A model generated the notes under the pieces. The model searched no databases and had not been told where the DNA came from. It saw nothing but the letters and a program-made list of their open reading frames with translations. A DNA stretch of 64,000 nt, taken from NCBI GenBank assembly GCA_937891135.1, contig CALAFB010000082.1:83818-147817 (forward strand). Reading direction: 5' to 3'. Both the position numbers and the translations under genes were made by a program. The DNA comes from an uncultured Elusimicrobium sp. (GTDB taxonomy: Bacteria; Elusimicrobiota; Elusimicrobia; Elusimicrobiales; Elusimicrobiaceae). Shown piece after piece: positions 30,404 to 40,010 of this stretch (within the stretch, counting starts at the first letter, position 1; each line of letters begins with the position of its first letter).

Positions 30404-31417
30404 ATGACTAAAGAAACGGTTTCTAAATTTGCACCCATTAACACGATTTGTTTGCTAATTTTAGCCGCCAGTGCCGCTACCTGGGTATTGGTTTATACCA
30501 AAACGGTCTTAATGCCGTTTACGATTGCTTTGTTTATTTTTATGATCGCAAATGCATCGGCTACCTGGCTTAGGCAAAAATGGAAAGTGCCGTATCACTT
30601 GGGCATTGTGCTTAATTTTGTATTATTTATGACGGTAATTACGGCGGCGGCTTCTTTTATCTCTACGTCTATTGAAAGTTTTGTATCGGGGGCGGGTATT
30701 TATACAGACCGTTTAAACGATAGTTTGGATTGGGTTTTCAATAAAGCCGCCAATTATCATATTAACATCAATCCGGATTTTATTACTGAAACCATTTCTA
30801 AAATTCCGGTACTAAATATGGTTAAAAGTGTGGGTAGTTTAATTGTGTCTTTATTTACCAATATTTTGCTGGTAACTTTGTTTGTGATTTTTATGTTTTT
30901 AGGTAATGCTTCGGCACAGAAACCGGCTTTTGTGGGAACCGTACAAAAACAAATTTCATTTTATTTGTTTGTTAAAATCAGCGTTTCCGTTTTAGCAGCA
31001 CTATGTACGTGGCTGGTACTTAAAGTAGTGAATACGGAACTAGCCATGATGTTAGCGGTGCTTACTTTTATTTTGAATTTTATTCCAAATATTGGGCCGT
31101 TAATTGCTACTTTGTCGCCGCTGCCGGTGTTATTTTTGCAATACGGGGTAGACTGGCACATGTTGCTTGTGCTTGTTTTATTAACGGCGATACATTTTGT
31201 AATAGGTAATATTTTGGAAACGCGCTGGCTGGGTAAGGGTATGAATTTGAACCCGTTAGTCGTGGTGGCTTGTTTGATTTTTTGGGCTCTCGTGTGGGGG
31301 GTAATGGGGGCACTTCTTGCCGTACCGTTAACGGCCATTATTAAAATGGTACTGGAACAACATGAAACCACCCGGCCGATTTCCCGCGTATTGGGGGGAG
31401 AGTTATCATTACGATGA
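30404..31417 (+). CDS. AI-2E family transporter
   Basis: Multiple TM helices; LNFIPNIGP, IGNILE, WGVMGALLAVPLT. Confidence 0.88.
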   Translation: MTKETVSKFAPINTICLLILAASAATWVLVYTKTVLMPFTIALFIFMIANASATWLRQKWKVPYHLGIVLNFVLFMTVITAAASFISTSIESFVSGAGIYTDRLNDSLDWVFNKAANYHININPDFITETISKIPVLNMVKSVGSLIVSLFTNILLVTLFVIFMFLGNASAQKPAFVGTVQKQISFYLFVKISVSVLAALCTWLVLKVVNTELAMMLAVLTFILNFIPNIGPLIATLSPLPVLFLQYGVDWHMLLVLVLLTAIHFVIGNILETRWLGKGMNLNPLVVVACLIFWALVWGVMGALLAVPLTAIIKMVLEQHETTRPISRVLGGELSLR

Positions 31418-32709
31418 AACAAAATCCGTGGTCGTATATCCCTACTTTGTATTTGGCAGAAGGGTTTCCGTATATTGTTATTAACACAGTTTCTGTCATT
31501 TTATATGGTGCACTCGGGTATTCTAACGAACAAATTACCTTGTGGACGGGGTGGTTATACTTGCCGTGGGTACTTAAAATGTTTTGGAGCCCCGTAGTGG
31601 ATGCAAGGTTCACTAAACGCCGTTGGTTGTTAGGGGCCCAGATGACGATGAGTGTAGTGCTTTTGGCAATTAGTTTGTTAATTTGTGTGAACGCATTATG
31701 GCACGCGCCCCAATTAGCCAACCCCTCTTTTTTCACTTTTTCTTTAATCGGATTTTTAATAGGAGCTTTTGTTTCTGCTACACTAGATATTGCAACAGAC
31801 GGTTATTACCTATTGGCTTTAACGCCGCAGGAGCAAGGATATTTCGTCGGAATACGGACTATTTTTTATCGCATCGCTATGATTTTAGGAAGCGGGTTGC
31901 TCATTTCTGTTACCGGATACCTGGCCCAACACCAAGTTCCGGTGCCGTATAATTGGGCGGTTTTCTTTGGCGGATTAGCTGCTTTCTTTGGGTTTTGCGC
32001 GTTGTATCATACATCGGTTTTACCGCGCCCGGCTGCGGATAAACCCGCACAAGTACGCCAAACTACGGCTTGGAAGGAAGCCTTCGGTAGTTATTTTACC
32101 CAGCAAAACATCATATACATTTTGTTGTTTATTCTGCTATACCGTTTTGGAGAGGCTCTTTTGGAAAAAATGGTACCACTTTTCTTGTTAAAGCCGGCGG
32201 CCGAAGGGGCTTTGGGGATGTCTATGCAAGAATACGGGCTCATTAAAGGAACACTTGGGTTAGGAGCGATTATTGCCGGGAATTTACTAGGGGGTTGGCT
32301 ACTTGGTAAATTTGGATTTAAAAAATGTATTTGGCCGTTTGCGGTGGCCTTGGTACTTCCGAATGTTTTTTATGTATATTTGGCAACCGCTCGTCCGGGG
32401 CTTATAGTAGTGGCTATGCTTTTGACCTTGGAAAATTTAGGATATGGGCTAGCGATGATGGCACTTACCGTATTTATTATGTATGTATCCCAAGGAAAAT
32501 ATAAAACATCCCACTATGCTATTTCTACCGGGATTATGGCCCTGGGAATGATGGCGCCGTCTATGCTTTCGGGCAAGATGCAAGCCGTACTAGGGTATCA
32601 GCAATTTTTTAGTGTAGCTTTTGTGATTAGTTTAGTTACTTTTTTAATTGTACCGCTTTCATTTAAAATTAAAGCCATTCAACAAGCCGAAAATGCTTCC
32701 CGAAAATGA
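31414..32709 (+). CDS. ampG: AmpG-like muropeptide MFS permease
   Basis: YLAEGFP, PWVLKMFWSPVVD, SATLDIATDG; in an operon with murQ/anmK/nagZ. Confidence 0.8.
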   Translation: MKQNPWSYIPTLYLAEGFPYIVINTVSVILYGALGYSNEQITLWTGWLYLPWVLKMFWSPVVDARFTKRRWLLGAQMTMSVVLLAISLLICVNALWHAPQLANPSFFTFSLIGFLIGAFVSATLDIATDGYYLLALTPQEQGYFVGIRTIFYRIAMILGSGLLISVTGYLAQHQVPVPYNWAVFFGGLAAFFGFCALYHTSVLPRPAADKPAQVRQTTAWKEAFGSYFTQQNIIYILLFILLYRFGEALLEKMVPLFLLKPAAEGALGMSMQEYGLIKGTLGLGAIIAGNLLGGWLLGKFGFKKCIWPFAVALVLPNVFYVYLATARPGLIVVAMLLTLENLGYGLAMMALTVFIMYVSQGKYKTSHYAISTGIMALGMMAPSMLSGKMQAVLGYQQFFSVAFVISLVTFLIVPLSFKIKAIQQAENASRK

Positions 32710-33593
32710 TGAAATCTATTCCTACAACCGAACAAATAAACCCGCGCACAGCCCGGTTAGATCAGAAAACACCCCGCCAGTTAGCTTCTTTATTTAATGC
32801 AGAAGACTTTCAAGCAGCCCGTGCGGTTAAAGCCGCTGGGAACGAAATTGCGGCGGTTATTGTATTAGCTGCACAGGCCTATCAAACAAAGCATAAAATT
32901 ATTTTTATAGGGGCCGGTACCAGCGGCCGCTTGGGGGTTTTGGAAGCAGCCGAATGTGTGCCTACATTCGGGACAAAACCTTCTCAAATTATAGGGCTCA
33001 TAGCCGGCGGCCAAAAGGCCCTGTTCCGTTCACAAGAAGGAGCCGAAGATAATTTGGCAGCAGGAGCAAATGACATAGCCAAGCATACTACTGCCGGAGA
33101 TTTGATTATTGGTTTAGCGGCTAGCGGTAATACGCCTTATGTGCAAGGGGGACTACAAAAAGCTCGTCACTTAGGGGCACATACGGTACTTATTTCCTGT
33201 AATGCACAAGCAAATACGACTTATGCGGATGTGCATATTTATTTACCTACCGGGCCGGAAGCTTTAACCGGATCCACCCGCATGAAAGCCGCAACCGCTA
33301 CTAAAATGACGTTAAATGCTATTACTACCGGAGCGATGGCATTAAGCGGCAAAACGTATGGGAATTTAATGATAGATGTAAAACCCACCAACCAAAAGTT
33401 AATAGCCCGCGCGGTACGGCTTGTTGCTGCCCTTACGCAAACGGATGAGAAAACAGCCCGGCGGTTATTAACGGCTTCCCAAAACCGGGTTAAAACGGCG
33501 GTTGTCATGTATCATAAAAAATGTACCCGTTTGCAAGCAGAAAATCGGTTGAAAAAGCATAACGGCTTTTTAGCGGGAGCGTTAGATGACTAA
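32706..33593 (+). CDS. murQ: N-acetylmuramic acid 6-phosphate etherase
   Basis: GAGTSGRLG, ECVPTFG, EGAED, TGPEALTGSTRMKA. Confidence 0.95.
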   Translation: MMKSIPTTEQINPRTARLDQKTPRQLASLFNAEDFQAARAVKAAGNEIAAVIVLAAQAYQTKHKIIFIGAGTSGRLGVLEAAECVPTFGTKPSQIIGLIAGGQKALFRSQEGAEDNLAAGANDIAKHTTAGDLIIGLAASGNTPYVQGGLQKARHLGAHTVLISCNAQANTTYADVHIYLPTGPEALTGSTRMKAATATKMTLNAITTGAMALSGKTYGNLMIDVKPTNQKLIARAVRLVAALTQTDEKTARRLLTASQNRVKTAVVMYHKKCTRLQAENRLKKHNGFLAGALDD

Positions 33594-34671
33594 TTATGTA
33601 TTAGGGTTGATGAGCGGAACTAGTGCCGACGGACTAACAGTAAGTGCCATTGTGCCGGAACCTTTTCAAATTGTTTGTTTTAAAAATTATCCGTATCCTA
33701 AAAAATTTCAGCAAAAATTATTGACGGCGTATCAGTTAACGGCACCGACTTTAAGTGAACTGCATTATGAAATCGGAGCATTGTACGCCAAGATGGTGAA
33801 ACGGTTTTTAAAGGAACACGGTTTATCAGCAGCTCAAGTCGCGGCAGTAGGTATGCACGGACAAACGGTCTATCACGGTCCGCTGGATAAGACCCCTAAT
33901 ACGTTGCAGCTGGGAGAGCCGTCTTTTTTGGCGGCGGCACTATCTTGTCCGGTAGTGAGTGATTTCCGGGCGATGGATATTGCACAGGGTGGGCAAGGGG
34001 CCCCGCTTATACCGTTTTTTGATGAATATCTATGGGGGCAAGGTGTGCCTAAAATTTTGGTCAATATCGGTGGCATTTCTAATTTATCGGTTGTAGGTAA
34101 GCATGTAAAAACATTTGGTTTTGACTGCGGCCCGGGTAATACCCTCTTAGACTTGGCTTGCCAACATTATTTTCACAAGCCGTTTGATAAAAACGGGGCA
34201 TTCGCTGCTAAAGGAACTCCAGACACGAAGTGGGTAGTCCAGCTACTTAAACAACCATTTTTTAAACAGAAACCACCTAAAAGCGTGGATAAAAATGTGT
34301 TTGGGGCTTCTTATTTAAACCGTTATTTTAAGATTAAAAATCCGTACGATTTATTGGCTACACTTACCTATTTTACAGCAGCAGGAATTGCCCAAGCCGT
34401 AACAGATTTTGTGCCTGCACCTGCCCGGCAAGAAATTATTATTTCGGGTGGAGGGGGGTATAATCAAACTTTGTTGCGTATGCTGAGCGGTTTACTGCCG
34501 GAAAGTTGGCTAACTACCTCGGCTTCGTACGGTATACCCGCGCAAGCCAAAGAAAGTGCAGCATTTGCTTTATTTGCGTGGTTAAATTTGGAACGGAAAA
34601 TCAATCATTGTGCTCGTGCCACGGGGGCGCGTAAAAATACAATCTTAGGAAAGGTAACATTATGCAAGTAG
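33586..34671 (+). CDS. anmK: Anhydro-N-acetylmuramic acid kinase
   Basis: GLMSGTSADG, HGQTV, DFR..D..GGQGAPL, NIGGISN, FDCGPGN. Confidence 0.95.
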   Translation: MTNYVLGLMSGTSADGLTVSAIVPEPFQIVCFKNYPYPKKFQQKLLTAYQLTAPTLSELHYEIGALYAKMVKRFLKEHGLSAAQVAAVGMHGQTVYHGPLDKTPNTLQLGEPSFLAAALSCPVVSDFRAMDIAQGGQGAPLIPFFDEYLWGQGVPKILVNIGGISNLSVVGKHVKTFGFDCGPGNTLLDLACQHYFHKPFDKNGAFAAKGTPDTKWVVQLLKQPFFKQKPPKSVDKNVFGASYLNRYFKIKNPYDLLATLTYFTAAGIAQAVTDFVPAPARQEIIISGGGGYNQTLLRMLSGLLPESWLTTSASYGIPAQAKESAAFALFAWLNLERKINHCARATGARKNTILGKVTLCK

Positions 34672-36083
34672 CTCGTTTGGTATTTCCCGGTTTTTGGTTT
34701 GGCAAAACGTCCGAAGCCGAGGCTGTTTCTCTAGCCCGGGCTGGCGTTGGCGGTTTTTGCTTATATGGTGGTACTAAAGCCACGGTAACTAGTTTGGTAC
34801 GTAAACTACGGGCAGCCAGCCCATTACCGCGTATTTTAATTGCCGCGGATTATGAAGACGGCTTGGGCCGTTGGTTACCGGATGCCCCGCTACTGCCTTC
34901 TAATTTGGCGTTAGGGGCTGCAGATAACGAAGAATTAGCTTATGAAAAGGGTTTTATTACAGCCCGCCAAGCGGCGCAACTAGGGGTGGATTGGGTGTTT
35001 GCCCCGGTAGTAGATTTGGCCAATAATCCGGATAATCCCATTGTGAATACACGTTCATTCGGGGCGGACCCGCAGTTAGTCATCCGGCTGGCGGGAGCTT
35101 TTATGAAAGGATTGTCCGCGGGTGGGGTGCTTAACTGTTTAAAGCATTTCCCGGGGCATGGCAATACAACGACGGATTCTCATTTAGCAATGCCGGTTGT
35201 TACGGAAACGATGTCCCAGTTGAAGCAAACTTCTTTGCTGCCGTTTAAAGAATTACTTCCGTTAGCCGATAGTGTGATGGCCGGGCATTTATTAGTACCG
35301 GCTTTGGATGAAGTGAATCCGGTTTCTTTATCTAAGAAGGCTATTCACGATTTATTGCAAAAAAAGATGAAATTTACGCGCTGCGTATGTACAGATGCGT
35401 TACTAATGAAAGCGTTGGGGGATGAAAAACAGGCTGCCCTGCAGGCGTTAGATGCCGGGGCACATATTTTATTAGTGCCCGAAAAACCGCTAGAACTGAT
35501 TGAATTTTTACAAAACCAAATATTCCCGGATGAGGTATTAAAACGAGCCGAACACGTATTAAACGGGCTCTGTGCACAGGCAGATGAACTGGCTGCTAAT
35601 GCGCAGCATTTGTTGGTCCGGCCGGATGATTTTATTATGCAAACGGCACGCAAAGCCTTGGTGCCGTTGGGGCACTTTCCGCCGGTAGAACCCGGGGATA
35701 TCGTGCATTTATTAAACGTAGGAAATGATGAACACATTTCTTCGGTTCCGTTTATTGATACGCTGCGGGCGTATGGAATTTTGACGGAAGATTTTAAAAA
35801 CCCTGCCGAAACGGATACGCTGATTATTTTATTTTGGCGGCGGTATAAACCGTTTTCAGGCAAAATCGGTTTGACGGATGAAGAAACGGTATTTGTTAAC
35901 AATGCCGTACAAAATGTACGGCGTACGTTGCTTATTTGTTTTGCCAACCCGTTTGCTGCTAACCACGTGGCTACCGAAGGGAAACTGTTGGCCTTTAGCC
36001 CGTCCCCGGTATTTCAGCAAGCCGCGGCTGAATGTGTAATGGGTATGTTTGAACCCGTTGGCAAACTGCCGATGAAGTTATAG
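34662..36083 (+). CDS. nagZ: GH3 beta-N-acetylhexosaminidase
   Basis: FAPVVD, RSFG, KHFPGHG..DSH, TDALLM. Confidence 0.88.
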   Translation: MQVARLVFPGFWFGKTSEAEAVSLARAGVGGFCLYGGTKATVTSLVRKLRAASPLPRILIAADYEDGLGRWLPDAPLLPSNLALGAADNEELAYEKGFITARQAAQLGVDWVFAPVVDLANNPDNPIVNTRSFGADPQLVIRLAGAFMKGLSAGGVLNCLKHFPGHGNTTTDSHLAMPVVTETMSQLKQTSLLPFKELLPLADSVMAGHLLVPALDEVNPVSLSKKAIHDLLQKKMKFTRCVCTDALLMKALGDEKQAALQALDAGAHILLVPEKPLELIEFLQNQIFPDEVLKRAEHVLNGLCAQADELAANAQHLLVRPDDFIMQTARKALVPLGHFPPVEPGDIVHLLNVGNDEHISSVPFIDTLRAYGILTEDFKNPAETDTLIILFWRRYKPFSGKIGLTDEETVFVNNAVQNVRRTLLICFANPFAANHVATEGKLLAFSPSPVFQQAAAECVMGMFEPVGKLPMKL

Positions 36084-36129
36084 TCTTTTAAATGTGCTGG
36101 GCTAGGCAAATACCTAACCCAGCCTCTTT

Positions 36130-36720
36130 TTAATTGGCCCATCCTTGATTGGATAAAGATGCACAAATTGCTTCTCCGATAGAATCGCCTGCTACACATG
36201 TACGGGCCCAATCCCGGTTAGGATATTTTTGAGCCCTAAGGTCAGCGTGTCGGGTAGATCCAGAAGTAGTTGTAAGCATAATTTGGCAATATCCAAAATC
36301 ACAATCAGCCCCGCAGACGTAAGGGGCCGCATCCCCCGTGCATAATGAGGAATACATTTCAGTAACATCTATTTCCCCAACCGCATTATCTCCTACAAAT
36401 GGAACAGATTCTAGAGAGGCAGCATCAGGTCGTGAGAGTAGAAATAATTCCATATTTCTTTCTATATTTTTAATAAAAGAAATATCTTCTACAACACGGC
36501 TTTTTGCGACGGTTTTTTGGTATTGCGGCAGGGCCACGGCTGCCAGGATACCGATAATGAGTACTACAACCAATAGTTCTATAAGGGTAAAACCGGAACG
36601 AAACGAAGTCCTGAAAAAGTTTTTGTTCAAGACCTCCTCCTTTTTACTTATAGAACGGCTAAATCTTGAAACAAGTTCAAGATGATGTTGCGGCGTAAAC
36701 GCCCGTTTGTTTTTTGTCAT
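36130..36720 (-). CDS. Type IV pilin with palindrome-extended leader peptide
   Basis: MTKNKRAFTPQ-HHLELVSRF...[11 protein letters not shown]. Confidence 0.9.
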   Translation of the reverse strand: MTKNKRAFTPQHHLELVSRFSRSISKKEEVLNKNFFRTSFRSGFTLIELLVVVLIIGILAAVALPQYQKTVAKSRVVEDISFIKNIERNMELFLLSRPDAASLESVPFVGDNAVGEIDVTEMYSSLCTGDAAPYVCGADCDFGYCQIMLTTTSGSTRHADLRAQKYPNRDWARTCVAGDSIGEAICASLSNQGWAN

Positions 36721-36732
36721 GTTTTTCTCCTT

Positions 36733-36946
36733 TGCTTTTTCCGGGCGTATGTGAAACGGCTACCGCACAAGGTGTCAAACGCGAAACCGAATGCAACAGC
36801 CGTATTCCCACTTAAGCACAAGGCTCAAATGGGAACCATTTAGTATAACAGAATGTACGGTTCTGTTATACCTGATGTTTGGCTGTTTTGACGCGTTCGA
36901 CACTTCTTGCGAAGTTTCCCGTATTCCACATACGGCTCAAAAGCAG
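36733..36946 (-). ncRNA. Conserved structured leader RNA, copy G
   Basis: P1 GTGTCGAACGCG(36903-36892)/CGCGTTTGACAC(36783-36772) with one G-U; AACAGCC/GGCTGTT; GGTATAACAGAA/TTCTGTTATACT; terminator acggctgttgca/tgcggtagccgt. Confidence 0.85.
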
Positions 36947-37007
36947 ATGTTAATTTTCTTTTTACTACCTTTTTATTCTACATAATTTCTCAATTTTACA
37001 CCATAAA

Positions 37008-37033
37008 AAAGCCCCTTCTAAAGAAGGGGCTTT
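37008..37033 (-). terminator. Intrinsic terminator after OMP gene
   Basis: aaagccccttct-aa-agaaggggcttt with an A run on the + strand. Confidence 0.6.
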
Positions 37034-37049
37034 CTCAACATAAACTGAA

Positions 37050-37682
37050 TTATATTCTAAAGCCGAATTTTAACATCACTTCGGAATAATGCGTATGGCC
37101 TTTACCAAAGGCATCTTTCATATCATGCCGTAGTTCCATACGGTAGATGCGGCCTTCCAGCCCAAAAATCATATCTTCGTCAATATCAAATTCCAGGCCC
37201 AAACCACCCATAGCAGCCCATTTGGTGCTATCGTAAGTTTTGTGGGAACCGTCATCAAAATTTTGACGTACAAACATATGTCCGATACCGACCCCCAGGG
37301 GAATATACAGCCGGGTAGAATGACGCGGGAAAAAGTTAATGCGCGCTGCTACTAAACCCGTAGCCGCTCCGGTGCGGTAATAGGAACCGTCTGTACGTTT
37401 ATCACCGTCTCCAAATTGAGCATAGTTCCCGTCCAACCCAAGGGTCAATACACGGGTTACGCTGCGGTAAAAACCGATACCGGCCGTCCACCCGGTGTTT
37501 CCGAGGTCAATATAATCGCCTTTGTCGTGCCAGGCACTTTCCGGGAGTACCATGCCGCCGTAAAGTTCAATGCGGGTAGCATCGGGGTATAAGCCATTAT
37601 CGCTTACCGGGTAATAATAATTCTGGGCAAATACGGCTGAAGATGCCAGTAACATCACAGCTAATAAAACTAGTTTTTTCAT
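37050..37682 (-). CDS. Outer-membrane beta-barrel protein (8-stranded type)
   Basis: Signal peptide MKKLVLL..VFA; amphipathic strands; C-terminal FGFRI. Confidence 0.75.
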   Translation of the reverse strand: MKKLVLLAVMLLASSAVFAQNYYYPVSDNGLYPDATRIELYGGMVLPESAWHDKGDYIDLGNTGWTAGIGFYRSVTRVLTLGLDGNYAQFGDGDKRTDGSYYRTGAATGLVAARINFFPRHSTRLYIPLGVGIGHMFVRQNFDDGSHKTYDSTKWAAMGGLGLEFDIDEDMIFGLEGRIYRMELRHDMKDAFGKGHTHYSEVMLKFGFRI

Positions 37683-37790
37683 ACATCTCCTTTGTAAATT
37701 AAGATACATACATTGTAAATTTTTTGTGTTATTTTGGCAACTGGTTACTTTGGGTTCGTATGCTCGTGCGAAAAATTATATAATAGAAAT

Positions 37791-38465
37791 ATGAAGAAAC
37801 GCGCCCTTGCTTGGCTATGTGCTTTATGTTGTATGGCCTGTACGCCCAAAACAGTCATTAGCCCTACCTATGATTTTAATCAAATGAACCGTATCGGTAT
37901 TATGGCATTCTCCAATGCGTGGGCAGACCTCAACGGGGTAGAGAATTTATTTGCCAAGTATTTTATACAAGCCGGTTTTAAGGTAGTGGAGCGCGCCCAA
38001 CTGGAAAGTATTTTGCGGGAGCATAACATTTCTGTTTCCGGCTATTTGGACCCGTCTACTACGCGCGAAATCGGCCGGATTTTAGGGGTGGATGTTTTGC
38101 TGATTGGCGAAGTGAGCTCTTATTCCCCGGCGCGTACGGAATTAACCCTGTCTACCACACACCGCAGCGAATCACGCCCCGTCATGCAGCAAGATGTTAT
38201 GCAATTGCCGGACGGTACGTATGTAGCCTATACCCGGCAGGTAGGTACGGAAGTATCCCGCCAATCGGAAACCCGGCCGACCGAATATACCATTAACGCC
38301 AAAGTAGCGGTAGTGGCTAAGTTAGTAGATGTGCAGACGGGCGAAATCGTATGGATTGGTTCGGATAGTGCAGAAAGTTCCCGCGCGTTGGATGCGGCAG
38401 ACTATTTGGCACGGCAGCTTGTAAAAAGTTTTTCCAAAGAATTAGCCAAGCGGGAGAAGTTATAA
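37791..38465 (+). CDS. CsgG/HfaB-like lipoprotein
   Basis: Lipobox CMAC; FKVVERAQLESIL.E, IGRILGVD, KLVDVQTGEIVW. Confidence 0.75.
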   Translation: MKKRALAWLCALCCMACTPKTVISPTYDFNQMNRIGIMAFSNAWADLNGVENLFAKYFIQAGFKVVERAQLESILREHNISVSGYLDPSTTREIGRILGVDVLLIGEVSSYSPARTELTLSTTHRSESRPVMQQDVMQLPDGTYVAYTRQVGTEVSRQSETRPTEYTINAKVAVVAKLVDVQTGEIVWIGSDSAESSRALDAADYLARQLVKSFSKELAKREKL

Positions 38466-38713
38466 TGTTATACCGTCCTACATTTGCCGAACAATCTGCC
38501 GCCCTGGCATTACGTACATTTTTTGCTTTTATAAAAGCCGTATTTATCGGCCTGGTGCTCATTGTAGCAGTATTAGCGGCGGGGCAAAGCCGCGTAGCCC
38601 CGGTAAGTGTGCGGTTATTAACCACATACGCCATGGAATATGCGGTAAAATCGTTTAAGCCGTACCGGGGATACTTCCCGGAGCCGTATGTAGTTGAATT
38701 TGATACCAAATAA
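38465..38713 (+). CDS. Small hypothetical membrane protein
   Basis: 82 aa, one TM helix, overlaps the upstream stop (TAATG). Confidence 0.5.
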   Translation: MLYRPTFAEQSAALALRTFFAFIKAVFIGLVLIVAVLAAGQSRVAPVSVRLLTTYAMEYAVKSFKPYRGYFPEPYVVEFDTK

Positions 38714-38723
38714 AGAGGAACTT

Positions 38724-40010
38724 ATGTTAGACATTAAACAAATTAGTGCAAATCCGGAAGAAATTAAAAGACGTTTATCGCTGCGCAAAAAAGAATTGAC
38801 TGCGCAGATTGATGAGGTACTCTCGCAGTATGAAGCCTACAAAAAAGTATTAGCCCGTGTGGAAGAATTACGTGCTAAACGTAACGAAATGTCCAAATCT
38901 ATCGGCAAAATTAAAAAAGAACAAGGCGACGAGGCCGCCAAAGAAGCCATGGCTGCTGTGGGTAAATTAAAAGAAGAAATGACCGCATTGGAAGCCGAAT
39001 TAGAACCTAAAAAAGCCGCAATTGATAATTTGCTGTTAAGTATTCCCAATTTACCGAATGAAAAAATTCCGGTTGGCCTTTCGGATGCCGATAACCCGGA
39101 AGTAGTGCCTTGTACTATTCCACTCCCGAAGTTTGATTTTACGCCGTTAGACCACCAGGCTGTCGGCGAAAAACTGGGCATTTTGGATTTTGAAGCCGCG
39201 GCTGCGTTGTCCGGCAGCCGTTTTGCGTTATTTAAAGGGGACGGAGCCCGTTTGGAACGTGCGATTATTGCGTTTATGTTAGACTTGCACGCTAAAAAAG
39301 GCTATACCGAAATTATGCCTCCTGTTATCGTCAACGAAAACATTTTAATAGGAACCGGGCAGTTGCCCAAATTCCGTGAAGATATGTATGAACTGACGGG
39401 AGAACCAAAACAATTTTTAGTGTCTACGGCTGAAATTCCGCTTACAAACTTAAACCGCGTGCGGACGGTGGACGAAGAAGAATTGCCGATTAAACTAACA
39501 GCCTATACGCCGTGTTTTCGCAAAGAGTCCGGTACGTACGGCAAAGATACGCGCGGCCTCATCCGCAACCACCAGTTTGATAAGGTGGAGTTAGTAATGC
39601 TCTCTAAGCCGGAAAATTCGTACGAAATGTTAGAACAAATGGTACTAGATGCGCAAGACGTGCTGAAAACTTTAGAAATCCCCTATCACGTCGTGGAACT
39701 GTGTAGCGGAGATATTGGATTTTCTTCCGCCAAAACGTATGATATTGAAGTATGGATGCCGAGTGAAAACAAATTCCGTGAGATTTCTTCTTGTTCTAAC
39801 TGTTTGGATTTCCAAGCTCGCCGTATGGGGCTGCGCTTTAAAAATGCACAAGGCAAATTGGAATATGTGCACACGTTAAACGGCAGCGGTTTGGCCGTCG
39901 GCCGTACGTTTGCCGCCATTTTGGAAAACTTCCAACAAAAAGACGGGTCCGTCATCATTCCAAAAGCCCTGCGTCCGTACTTTGGCAAAGACAAAATTGA
40001 GGTCAAATAA
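38724..40010 (+). CDS. serS: Seryl-tRNA synthetase
   Basis: MLDIK, GTGQLPKF, TAE, FRKE, GLIRNHQFDKVE, HTLNGSGLAVGR. Confidence 0.97.
   Translation: MLDIKQISANPEEIKRRLSLRKKELTAQIDEVLSQYEAYKKVLARVEELRAKRNEMSKSIGKIKKEQGDEAAKEAMAAVGKLKEEMTALEAELEPKKAAIDNLLLSIPNLPNEKIPVGLSDADNPEVVPCTIPLPKFDFTPLDHQAVGEKLGILDFEAAAALSGSRFALFKGDGARLERAIIAFMLDLHAKKGYTEIMPPVIVNENILIGTGQLPKFREDMYELTGEPKQFLVSTAEIPLTNLNRVRTVDEEELPIKLTAYTPCFRKESGTYGKDTRGLIRNHQFDKVELVMLSKPENSYEMLEQMVLDAQDVLKTLEIPYHVVELCSGDIGFSSAKTYDIEVWMPSENKFREISSCSNCLDFQARRMGLRFKNAQGKLEYVHTLNGSGLAVGRTFAAILENFQQKDGSVIIPKALRPYFGKDKIEVK

Noticed and set aside
30404..36083. ampG-murQ-anmK-nagZ cluster as a novel system
   Set aside because: It is the established peptidoglycan recycling pathway.
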